Positions 12,181 to 23,643 of a DNA stretch of 64,000 bases are shown piece after piece. Source of the DNA: Paraspadella gotoi (taxonomy: Eukaryota > Animalia > Chaetognatha); NCBI GenBank assembly GCA_051294375.1, contig CM119268.1, forward strand, positions 5,895,525 to 5,959,524, given 5' to 3'. The position numbers were made by a program, and so were the translations under genes. The notes beneath the pieces are model-generated. The model searched no databases, had not been told where the DNA came from, and saw nothing but the letters and a program-made list of their open reading frames with translations. Positions within the stretch are counted from its first letter, which is position 1, and the number at the start of each line of letters is the position of its first letter.

Positions 12181-13172
12181 GTGATTGGGATTAGAATTTA
12201 GAAACGCAATAGTGGAAACGTAAAAAAAAAGGAGACTGTAACCATTTAATTCATTAATTTTTTAATTAAACTTAAAAGATAAAAGATAAAAATCATCGAC
12301 GATGACGATGACAGCGACGACGACGACGAAAACGACGACGACGTTTACAGCGACGATGATGATGACGACGACGACGACGACGACGACGACCTGTTTTGCA
12401 ATTAGTCCAACGGTCGTTTTGTTTCGCGTCGACGTCGAAATAAAAGAGAATCAATGAAGAGGAAAATATTTAGAAACAAAAGAGAAAAAAGGGAAAAGGG
12501 AAAAAAGTGAAAAGGAGAAAAAGGAAAGGGAATAAAGGGGGAAAAAGAAAAATGGATAAATGGAAAAAGGGAAAAAAGGGGAAAAGAAGAAAAAGGGAAA
12601 AGGGACAAAAAAAAGGGAAAAAAAGGCGGGAAAGGGAAAAGAGAAAAAAGAAAAAAGGAAAGAAGAGAAAAAGGAGAAAAAAAGAAAGAGGAAAGAAGGG
12701 GAAGAGGGGAAAAAAGGGAAAAGGAAAAAAAATAAAAAGGGAAAAAAGAAAAAAGAAAAATGGAAAGTAAAAAAAATTCAAAAAGAATTTGGGAAAAATG
12801 GATGAATCAGAAAAGAAAAAGGAGAAAGATAGCAAATGGAAAAAGAGAAAAAATAGAAGGGGGAAAAAAGAAAAAGAAAAATATCAAAAGGGACAAAAAA
12901 AATTGGTAAAAATTTCAAAAAAAGGAAAAGAAGTGGGAAGATGAAATGGAAAAGTATGCAATAACAAAGGAAGAGGGAGAAAAGAAAAGAAAGATCAGGG
13001 AGATTTAAAAAAAAAGGAAAAAATTAAAAATGAATTTTGATGTTAAAAAATCTTATCTTTTCAACAAAATAAAAAATAAATAAGTAAAATGTTACTGTTC
13101 TTTAGGGTAATTATTAAAATAAGTTACTTAGTTTAAAACTTCAAAGATTAATTGTACACCGAGACTCTCTTT

Positions 13173-13219
<47 letters not shown>

Positions 13220-13230
13220 TCTCTCTCTCT

Positions 13231-13261
<31 letters not shown>

Positions 13262-13846
13262 CTTCCTCTGTCTCGCAAAAAAAGATGATTTATTTTTGGT
13301 TTAAAAATCTCTTTTCATCGGGAGGTTGTGAGCAAAAACAATCCAGCGCGTTTTCCCTTGTTTTGACTTTGTTGTGGTTGAAGCGATTCTGTGGACAACG
13401 TTGTTTTTGCTTTTTTTGTTTTAGTTGTTAGTAGCTGTTTCTGTTAGGGACAGAGAGAGAGAGAGAGCAGAGAGAGAGAGGACGAGAGAGAGAGAGAGAG
13501 AGATGAGAGAGATGAGAGAGAGAGGAGAGCGAGAGAGAGAGAAAGAGAGAGACTGTGTAATAGATATGACTCGTGTCAAAAGAAAAAAAATGAATTATTC
13601 AGACATCAAACGTCAAATTTTTAAAATTATGATTCGCATAAAAGTTGCGAACTTAAAATCTGTGAAGATGAAGGGAGAAAGATTTTAAATGCGATGACAT
13701 GAAATAGTTTTCTCTCTGATTAAAATCTATATAAACGTATATAAACTTTAATATTTTATTTTTATGTGTCAATTCCATCGAAAATGTTTGCAGTATCAAC
13801 CTAATAAATAATAAAAGAAACAGAGTTTGCACTTCAGCCCCTTCTC

Positions 13847-13919
<73 letters not shown>

Positions 13920-14190
13920 TTATCTTTCTCTTTCTCTATATTCACTTCAGTGACCTTGCAGCATCAAAATATTTTCACTTTTTTTCCCATTTTTTCAAAA
14001 ACGAAGAAAAATCTATTTTTAGCTCAAAACTTTTGAATCTGAAAAAAGTGAAAAAGACTGAGGAAAAAGGAAAGAATATAAACAATTATATGAGCGATTA
14101 TAAGTATCCCAGTCAAGATTTGAATATAAACAACGAATCTATTTTTCAATTATGACGGACATACTATTTCGGCTTTTTATTTTCAACTGT

Positions 14191-14238
14191 TAACGCCGAT
14201 GAAGGCTTGAAAATAAAAAATCCGAAACATGTCCGTCA
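14191..14238 (+). ncRNA. Penelope-type minimal hammerhead ribozyme motif (mutated core)
   Basis: TAACG-CCGATGA-AGGCTT..AATCC-GAAA-CATG-TC-CGTCA. Type I layout with palindromic ACATGT stem III and U4>C in the CUGAUGA box. An inverted partial copy at 14136-14186 retains AAGCCGAAA. Confidence 0.6.
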
Positions 14239-14453
14239 TATTTAAAAAATTTAAATCTTTTTCGATAAATCCTAACACAACTAAAACGAAAGTATTATTA
14301 CACAAAGTATCCCATTCAAAAAGAATGTAAAAAATGTGTTAATCTCTAAAGAATTTCTTAAATTATTAAATTATGCCGAGTAATTTTTTTAATATTCCTT
14401 CCGTTCGTGCAGAGTTATAAACTCTCGTAGGAGTTTTAAGTTTTGAGGTTTTG

Positions 14454-15080
14454 AAAATAAATCTAGTTTTTTAAAATATATCTAGTTTTTTAAAATAAAT
14501 CTTTTTTTTTAAATAAATCTAGTTTTTTAAAATAAATCTAGTTTTTTAAAATAAATCTAGGTTTTTACAATAAATCTAGTTTTTTAAAATAAATCTATTT
14601 TTTAAAAATAAATCTAGGTTTTTGAAATAAATCTAGTTTTTTAAAATAAATCTAGTTTTTTTAAAATAAATCTAGTTTTTTAAAATAAATCTATTTTTTT
14701 TAAATAAATCTAGTTTTTTAAAATAAATCTAGTTTTTTAAAATAAATCTTTTTTTTTAATAAATCTAGTTTTTTAAAATAAATCTAGTTTTTTAAAATAA
14801 ATCTAGGTTTTTAAAATAAATCTAGTTTTTTAAAATGAATCTAGTTTTTTAAAATAAATCTAGTTTTTTAAAATAAATCTAGTTTTTTAAAATAAATCTT
14901 TTTTTTAAATAAATCTAGTTTTTTAAAATAAATCTAGTTTTTTAAAATAAATCTTTTTTTTAAATAAATCTATTTTTTTTAAATAAATCTATTTTTTAAA
15001 ATAAATCTAGGTTTTTAAAATAAATCTAGTTTTTTAAAATGAATCTAGTTTTTTAAAATAAATCTAGTTTTTTTTTAAAA
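14454..15080. repeat. 19-bp minisatellite AAAATAAATCTAGTTTTTT, ~33 copies
   Basis: Directly visible tandem array. Confidence 0.95.
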
Positions 15081-15359
15081 TTTACGTATAAACTTTGAAC
15101 CAACTGTTTATTTTGAAACTCGAATCGGTCGTCCGAACGTCTGTCCATCAATGCGGCAATCAGTTTACTTTACTTTATTTACTAGTAATTTCGTAAATAT
15201 ATATATATCAATTTATGATTTTGAAACTGTGTATCGATTCAGCACCGACTTAATAATTTTGGACGCGCCTGTCTGTCTGTCCGTCCGTTGTGAAAGAGCC
15301 GGTTCTTTGAGACGTCAGGACGAAAATATGCTAATAGAATTAAAGCGTTGCTCTAAAAT

Positions 15360-15391
<32 letters not shown>

Positions 15392-15542
15392 GGGAGAGAG
15401 AGAGAGAGGAGTAGAGAGAGGAGAGAGAGAGAGAGCGAGACGGAGGCGTGTGCCATCATGACTGCGCATCTCAAGGCTTGCCGTTCTCTTGCCAAATGAT
15501 CATACAGGTACATCAGTGGATCACCAGCCAACGCGCGGCGCG

Positions 15543-15583
<41 letters not shown>

Positions 15584-15911
15584 AGAAGAGAGAGAGAGAA
15601 GAGAGATAAAAATGAGAATGAGAGAGAGGGAGGGAGAGAAATAAACAAGAGTTCAGCAAGATTTACAAATAACCCCAAGTGTTTTAATACAAAGAGACTC
15701 GTGTGCTAAATAATATATATAACAACTAGGGTTTAGTTTCACAGAGTAATAAAAAAGGCAATAAAATAAAACACAAATATAATGTTTCAAAAAAAGACCA
15801 TTTCTTCTACCAAATTACTTTGTTGTTGTTGTTGTTTTTTTCTCTCCTGACGTTTTTCTCTGTTGACCGCCTTTTTGCTCCCAATGGAGCCACGCCGACG
15901 TCAAGGCGTCA

Positions 15912-15967
<56 letters not shown>

Positions 15968-16402
15968 TTCTCTCTCTCTCTTGTTCAGACTTGTCAAACG
16001 AAAAAAGTCGGCAAATAAAAAATTGTAAGTCTAAAGGGAAAAAAAGCCGGAAAGTAGCCAAAAAAGGCCAAAAAAAAGGCCAGTAGGGGCCAAAAAAGCA
16101 AAAAGATAAAACAATTTTAAAAAATCCTTCCCCCTTAAGAAAAAAGGATTGGGTTCTGTGAAGGAATTGGCAAAAGTTTCGTTCAGGTTCTGACAAAGAA
16201 AAAACAAGGAAAGTCAAGTTCAAAGTGTCGCGCCGCAGTAACTTTTTAAATAAACTTACCTTTTTAAGTATACTTACATGCAGACCATCGCAGAGACGAT
16301 CACATGACTGCATAATATATAATATAATATAATATATAATATAACATAATATGCAGTGCATATGTATAAAATATATGCCATTAATGCCGCTCATGGTATC
16401 AT

Positions 16403-16441
16403 GGCCGGGAATCACTTAGCTTTGCTAAGTGATTCCCGGCC
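16403..16441. repeat. Perfect 18-bp inverted repeat (hairpin)
   Basis: GGCCGGGAATCACTTAGC-TTT-GCTAAGTGATTCCCGGCC. Confidence 0.97.
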
Positions 16442-16585
16442 TCGGTTTTAATACGAGGCCCGTTTACCGCATCTACCTGGTTGAGCAAACCCGAGGGCTG
16501 TTTCTGAGTCACTACTGCCGAAGTCGCCCGGCGATCATAGCACGGACAACCACTACCCTAGTCATCCGGAATATTTGCGCTTTTA

Positions 16586-16881
16586 TATACCATCGCAGGA
16601 GTATCAGCCTCACCAAAAGTTAAACCGGAAAGGAGGATCGGGCGATCGCCGCTAGAATGGAATCGCCAAACCAGGATTGGTCGAGATGGAACCGGAATCG
16701 ACCAATCAGCTTGCAGGAACGATGGAACTGTCAAAATCAATCTTGCCACTGATCCTCTCTCTCTGATATAAATAGACTTAGCTTTCCTTAGTTTCAGTAG
16801 CATTGATCAAGACTCCTCCTTATTCTCAGAATAAAATCTCATCTTTGATTTCGACCTTGAGATCCATGAGTTTTTCCTTAA
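16586..16881 (+). mobile_element. Solo LTR of a tRNA-Leu-primed LTR retrotransposon (copy 1)
   Basis: Colinear with the reverse complement of 50118-50422. CCAAT 16702, TATAAATA 16767-16774, Inr TCAGT 16794-16798, AATAAA 16830-16835, followed by a TGGTGGCAGCGG PBS. Termini read TA..AA where copy 2 has TG..CA. Confidence 0.8.
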
Positions 16882-16884
16882 ATG

Positions 16885-16930
16885 TGGTGGCAGCGGTGGG
16901 ATTCAAACCCACGCCTCCGAAGTGACTGAT
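16885..16930 (-). pseudogene. tRNA-Leu 3'-half copy with CCA (extended PBS)
   Basis: Reverse complement ATCAGTCACTTCGGAGGCGTGGGTTTGAATCCCACCGCTGCCACCA: long variable arm, T arm, acceptor strand and CCA of metazoan tRNA-Leu(AAG/TAG). The 5' half is absent. Confidence 0.88.
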
Positions 16931-17128
16931 ACTCTCATGCTATTATATTCTTTTTTTTTCCTAACTTATCAGGCTGGCAGTTTTCACTTTGAGCTAGCTC
17001 ACCTGGAATATCAGCTTACAATCAAGTATTAATTAAAATGATACAGTATTAATAACCTCACTTATGAGTAATTAAAATATATCTAAATAGAATATAGCTG
17101 ACATTCTAATAATCAGATTTAAACAAAA

Positions 17129-17203
17129 GGACAGATAAACAAACCGACCGTAAAGTGACTTTAAGAGTCGCTCCGCGAGTACTCGCCGCGCAACTAAAAA
17201 AAA
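17129..17203 (-). mobile_element. HINE-like family A terminal fragment
   Basis: GTGACTTTAAGAGTCGCTCCGCGAGTACTCGCCGCGCAACTAAAAA matches 2821-2861. Confidence 0.6.
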
Positions 17204-17496
17204 GGGTACAGAATGTCGGGGAAACAACGAACTCTCGTCGATGTTACTGTTGCAGCTGTTTTGGTTGTCGTTGTCGTTGTTGTCGTTGTTGTCGATCTTC
17301 TTTGTTTTCCTCGTTATTTCCACTTCCCTCGTTTCGGTTTTGTCGTTGTTGTTGTCGTCGTCGTCGTCGTCGTCGTCCGGACTTCAATCAACATTCGACC
17401 AACTTTCTCCAGAATTTTGCAATAAAACTAGAAATTGACTTAATGTAGTTGTTGTTGTTTTTGTCGGGAAAGATCTGCGTCAAGAATTGAATCAAT

Positions 17497-17840
17497 GTGT
17501 CGTCGTCGAAGTCGTCGTAGTCGTCGCGATCGTCGTCGTCGTCGTAGTCTTCGTCGTCGTCGTCATCGTCGTAGTCTTCGTCATCGTCGTAGTCTTCGTC
17601 ATAGTCATCGTCGTCGTTTTCATCGTCTTCATCATCGTCTTCGTCTTCATTGTCGTCGTAGCCGTCGTCGTAGTCATCGTCGTCCTGTTTATAGTCATCT
17701 TCATCTTCGTCGTTGTCATCATCATAATAGTCGTCGTCGTCGTCTTCATCGTATTCGTCTTCATTGTCGTCGTCGTGTTTATAGTCGTCTTTATCTTCGT
17801 CGCCGTCTTCGTCTTAATCGTCGTCGTCGTCGTCGTCTTC
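17497..17840. repeat. Degenerate (GTC)n trinucleotide tract
   Basis: Directly visible. Similar (GAC/GAT)n tracts at 11250-11315, 12298-12390, 33465-33600 and 42590-42650. Confidence 0.9.
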
Positions 17841-18177
17841 GGTCAGCCAATTTAAAAGGAAAAAGACAGCGTCAAAGAGAGAGAATAAGGCCTGTGGTGG
17901 TTTTGGTGGTTTTGGTGGTTGTGGTGGTGGTGGCCAGTTGTGGGGATTTTGTTAAGGTAAGTAAAAAAGGCAAAAGGGCGCTAGATTTGGGAAGTAAGTG
18001 CTTTGGTGAGGCTGATCAACGAAAAGTCAGAGAGGAGTTAAAGAGGCTGAGGGTGAAGGGGTGAGAGAATCCGAAAAAAAACTTGGCGGAATATTTTCGA
18101 GTTGAAAAGAAAACTTCGTGGAAAGAATTACTTCCCCTCAAGTGAACAAAAATTCGAGATTCAGACTCTCTCTCTCT

Positions 18178-18222
<45 letters not shown>

Positions 18223-18409
18223 CTCTCTCTCTCTCCCTCTCTCGTGCCTTTCCTCCGGTTTCTTCCTCTTTCCTTTTTTTTCCTCATTCCTCTTACTTTC
18301 CTCCAGTCTTTTTTTTTCGTTGTCTTTTCTTTTCTTTCTTCTTTTAAATTTATTTCTTTTCTTTCCTCTACTAGTTTTTCTCTCTTTCATGTCATTTGAG
18401 GAAAATGAC

Positions 18410-18712
18410 AAGAAAAGAAAAGACAAGACAAGACAAGACAAGACAAGACAAGACAAGACAAGACAAGACAAGACAAGACAAGACAAGACAAGACAAAAAT
18501 ATAAGAAAAAAAAGCAAAGCAAAGCAAAGCAAAGAAAAGAAAAGAAAAGAAAAGAAAAGAAAAGAAAAGAAAAGAAAAGAAAAGAAAAGAAAAGAAAAGA
18601 AAGACAAGACAATAAAATACAAAACAAAAATATAAGAAATGGAAAAAAAGAAAAGCAAAGAAAAGAATAGAAAAAAGAAAAGAAAAGAAAAGAAAAGAAA
18701 AGAAAAGAAAAA
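18410..18712. repeat. Compound pentanucleotide array (AAGAC)n/(AAAGC)n/(AAAAG)n
   Basis: Directly visible. Confidence 0.93.
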
Positions 18713-20806
18713 GTAATTACCCAGAATATAAACTGCAAAAAAAAAAGTTTCTCTGTTTTAGTCAAAATTCTTGAAAACTGACCTTGAGTGGGAGGAAGAG
18801 GAGGAGGAGGAGGCAAAAGAGTAGGAGGAAGAAGAGAAGGAAGAGGAGGAAAAGACAATAACGAAAAAGAAAAAAAAGGTTATGCAAGAAAAAATGAAAA
18901 AAGGACAAAAAGGGAAAAAAAGGAAAGTGGGGAATCGATGCCTAAAATAGAGAATACAGAGAAAAAAAATTAAAGTAAAAGAATAAAACGCTAAAAGATA
19001 TTTATTATGAAGCTGAAAAAAGGCACTATTTAACATAAGCTCCCCATTTCTGTTCCTCATCCTTAAAATTAATTTTAACGCTAATCTCTCACCCATCTCT
19101 AATCCACAATCAATAACCCAAATTTTTAACCCAAATTACTAACCATATTTCAATGGAGATTTTCTTTAAAATCTGACTACCAAACAATGTCAACGCCCCT
19201 CGGAAAAATTCAGATAAAAAATAGATGTAAAAACTCTCGATTCTGATCCTGTTAAATCTGAAGGGCTCGCATTTTTTTCTCTCTTGACAAATAACCATCA
19301 TTTCGACATCAAACCATCAGATTCAAATGGACTGGTCCGCTCAGGTCGGGAAAATATTTTGTGACGCGATTTTTGTATATATAAATAAAGGGATTTCTGC
19401 AACTTCAATACCTATGTCAAAGCATTTAACAGTATGTTGTGATTTTACAATACACTTCGATTCAGGAATCCGATAACCATATGTCTGAAGGGCTCTCTCA
19501 AATTTTTCTTTTACATTTTATTTGGTTATTTGTATATGATGACAGATCATGGGAAGTGAATTAGTGCCATTTTGGTGAAATTTTTATTTTAAGTAAAAGT
19601 AAGATGAGGCTAACGATCGAAATTCTAAGAGTTTTCAACGCGGGAGTCAGATTCGGAAAAAATCTTCTATGGCGAAAATCTTCCAAAGAAGGGTGGATTT
19701 TCTGAAGATTTTGCTTAATATTTTCTATATTATATTATTTTTAATGATTATCTATATTTATGTAGATTTTTTTTTTAAAACACTTAATATTAACATAATG
19801 CCATCATTCTACGCTTGGCCGGTATAAGAATATATTAAAAAAAACCTCTGGCTTTGTTCGTAGGAGCTTTAGTCCTAACATATTCTCCTACGCGGTTTTT
19901 TTGTTTTTAGGTCATTTTTTTCGGCTAAAAAATTTGTTTTCGCATTTTTTTAACATGTTTAGTACGATTTATTAGTCCATTGAAATTAGTTTGAAGAACT
20001 AGTGTAATATATCATTTTGCAAATAAGTTTTTTTTTATTTATTGGTTATGAAGTATCCTTAGACAAAAAAAGATAGTAAGATAAATGTAGCGAGAACTCT
20101 CTCTCTCTCTCATCTCTCTCGTCTCTCTTCCTCCCCCTCTGCTCTCTTCTCTCTCTGCTCGCTCCTCTCTCTCTCTCTCTCGTTCATGACACATAAACGG
20201 GACTCCTGTTTTTTCAATTTTCGTCCGTCAGGAGAAGAGCTTCTTTCCAGAAGGAAGTAAACGGATAATGGATTTTACCACTGAAAACTGACACACAAAA
20301 TAATGGTCCTTCTCTCTCTCTCCTCTCTCTCTTCTCTCTCTCTCGTCTCTCTCTCTCTCTCCTTTCTCCTGTAGTCTCTCCTATTCCTCTCTCTCTCTCT
20401 CTTGGTTCTTGGCTATCAGCCTTTCATTCATCACGCATTTTTAAATTTTGCGAGAATTATCTGTTAAAATATTCATCTTGGGAAAAAAAAACTTGACTGA
20501 GGCAGAAAAAACATTTTCTGTTTCGAGACAAAAAGGTGTTTTTTTTAGTTCTCTCCTCTCGTCCTCTCTGCTCTTTGATATCCTTCTTCTCCTCTCTCTC
20601 TTCTTCTCCCTCTCTCTCTCTCGTCTTCTTTCTCTCTTCTTCTCCTCTCTGTCGCTCACAATGCGTCTTTCTCTCTCGTCTCTCCTTTTGTGATTCTCTT
20701 ACGTGTTTTCTTCTTTCTCCTATTTCCTCCCCTCTTCTGAATTGATCTGTAGAATTTCAAAATTGCTCTCTTTGAATATCAATCTCCCTCTCTCTATTCT
20801 CTCTCT

Positions 20807-20837
<31 letters not shown>

Positions 20838-21172
20838 CTGACTCTCTTACTCAAAATTAAAACAAATAAAATAAAATATAATAAAAACCAATATCGACCC
20901 CGCGCCGCTTCGGTTCTTCACAGCCAACATTGTAAGAGGCGACAGATATGATAGACAGATAATAGACAGATAATCGACAGATAAATAGACAGATAATCGG
21001 TGAATGGAGGAACTAATTTTGGGAGTAACATTGTTTTGATTTTGCTAATGATAATAATTTTTTTTATAAAAATGTAATTTAATATTCTAAAGAAAACTAA
21101 AAGGTTTTCATTTTTAACTGATTGTCCCCTCTTTTTTTTTGTTCTTTCTTTTCATTTTCTCTTTTCTCTCCG

Positions 21173-21205
<33 letters not shown>

Positions 21206-21318
21206 TCCTCCACTCTAAGCCACCCAAGAAAATCGGAAAAAGAAAATCTATGGAGTTTTTTTATTCAGAACACTGAATAGCTGTCTCTGATTGAAATGGA
21301 ATGGAGAGGAGAAAGGAA

Positions 21319-21432
<114 letters not shown>

Positions 21433-23211
21433 TAGAGAGTAGATCATAAAAGAAAATGGGGACGTCAGGTAGAAATGGGTTCGTAGGGACAGATTCGACT
21501 TGGGACGCGATCTCTGTCTCTCTCTCTCTCTCTCTGCTCTCTCTGCACAAAAAAAAACTGCTCCTTTTTTCCTCCTCCTTTATTGTCCTCGAGAGACTTG
21601 TCATTGTTGTTGTTGTTGTCGTCGTCGTTTTCGTTGTTGTCTTCATCGATTTTTCTCTTCTTTTTTATCATCGTTAACATCAATCATTCTCGCCTCGAGA
21701 TCGTCTTCTATGTATGTATTTGACAATCACTCACAAACTCATTTGTTGATTCATCACCATTTTCGCCATCGTCTTTACATACGATCGATATGGTCGTCAT
21801 CATTGTCATTTTTGTCATCATGGCTATCACCGTCATCGTAAGGTAATGCGCAGGACGATCCGAGAAGCAAAAAAAAATCGCCCGGTGACTCCGTTTCCTT
21901 TTGTTTGAGGAGGAAAAGGAAAAGGGAGGAAAGAAAAGGAGGAAAGAAAAGGGAGGAAGAAAAGGAAGGAAAAAAGGAAAAAGAAAGAGGAAGGAAGAAA
22001 AGAAAGGAAAAAAAGAGAAGAAAAGAGGAAAAGGGAGAATGGAGAAAAACGAGAGAAATATAAAAAAATAATAGGATATTCATGTTGGATTTACACTAAC
22101 AACATTAAAAATATCATGTAATTAAAAATGTGACTATTCTCTATGTACTACAATAAGTAAAATGTACGAAAGCAATTTGAAAAACGTTGAACAGTTGAAC
22201 TGTGAATGGAAACGGAGAAAAAGGAACAACAGGGAAACAATAAATAAATAGAAGAAGCGGAGAAAAGAAAAAAAGAAAAAAAGAGAGAAATAAGTCTGGA
22301 CGGAAAGAAGCCAAATTCGTGCTGCACAATTTATATAAATAAAGAAGAAGGTTCTTCTTTTTCTTAGGGCTGTCTTTCGTGCTGCTGATGCTGCTGGTCC
22401 TTGCTGCTGTGCTGTGCTGCTGTCGACTGTAGTTGGCGAATGCTTTCTGCTCCTCATGCAAAATTACTTAAAGAACCGTAGAACTAGATATATAAATAAA
22501 ATCTTTGATAATATTCAGAATATACTACAGAATAAAACGAATGAATAAATGAATAACTGAATAATACATAAATAAGTAAATAAATACATAAATGAATAAA
22601 GAAATAAATAATTATCGTTGACGCCAATAAACACAAAAAACAAATGACATTTCGTCCAGAAACATCGCGAAAACAAAAGACAACAAACAAAACATTCGTC
22701 AAGAAAACAACGATAACGGACGGACGACAGAGATGACGACGACGACGACGACGACGGACGACAGACGACGAGCGACCTAAAATGGCCACTTGAATCACGT
22801 TTTGTCGTCTGGGGTTGAAACATGAAAAGGAGTTATAGATATCGATATCACTTAGAATAAGATTATATTCTTTTGATGTACGCACACTAATGTAATTAAT
22901 TACTATGTATTAATAGAATTATTAATATTAAAAAAAGAAAACGCCTCAGTAAAATCAAATTATCATTTTATATGAAATTGGTAACACAATATAATACTTA
23001 TTAATCATTGCTATGTGCTTCTGATTGCCATGAATTTACAGAACTTACCGAAGCGGACTGGCGATTAAAGCTTGGAGCGTTTCGTTTGACCGCATAACAA
23101 GTGGCAGCAGCTTACCGAAGACTATTTAAGTCGGCAAGCGAGCTTGGCAATGACTATTTCGGCCAGAGGGATAACCTTCCGGTGCGCAAGACGTAAAGAA
23201 CAAGGAAGCGT

Positions 23212-23294
<83 letters not shown>

Positions 23295-23593
23295 AGAAGA
23301 GAGAGAGAGGAGCAGTATTTTATTTGCCGCGCGACATTTTTTTTTTCGCACAGCGTCGGGGGCGAAGGAGGTCGTTTCTATTTTTAAGTACTGCGTCTTG
23401 ATTCGGACCATAAAGAATCAAGTCGAGCGAATTTCTGTCGAGAACCCGAACGATCGATGGAGCGGAGTAGAGATTTTAGTGGCTATTTGTAGGCCGCAGG
23501 TCTAATTTATTTTTTAGTATGTCTTTAAAGGTAGTAATGTTTTACTAAGTAGTAATTAAATTAGAGGAAGGAGTGTTGATAATTGTCTTTTTG

Positions 23594-23643
23594 TTTTAGC
23601 CGGATCTGCTTACAGCGATGCGGCGCATGCGGCGCAACACATT
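23594..23643 (+). mobile_element. Ultra-short ends-only HINE-like element
   Basis: Family B 5' hairpin TTTTAGCCGGATCTGCTTACAGC(A)GAT joined directly to the GCGGCGCAACACATT 3' end. Re-copied at 29176-29231 and ~35993-36050 (-). Confidence 0.5.

Noticed and set aside
14454-15080. CRISPR-like array (also considered for the 54.5-64 kb array)
   Set aside because: Units are contiguous with no unique spacers, there are no cas genes, and the context is eukaryotic.
17495-18064. Arg/His-rich protamine-like ORF, and an Asp/Tyr-rich reading on the minus strand
   Set aside because: Both are frames of a degenerate (GTC)n tract; similar tracts are scattered through the window and there is no gene context.
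23020-23200. Consensus peptide CHEFTNLPSDCDKAWSVSFDPDKCKQAYQDYL, reminiscent of ADP-ribosyl cyclase or a LINE RT W..F...KC motif
   Set aside because: Requires choosing indels among three noisy copies and overlaps a diverged R1 repeat; not supportable without a search.
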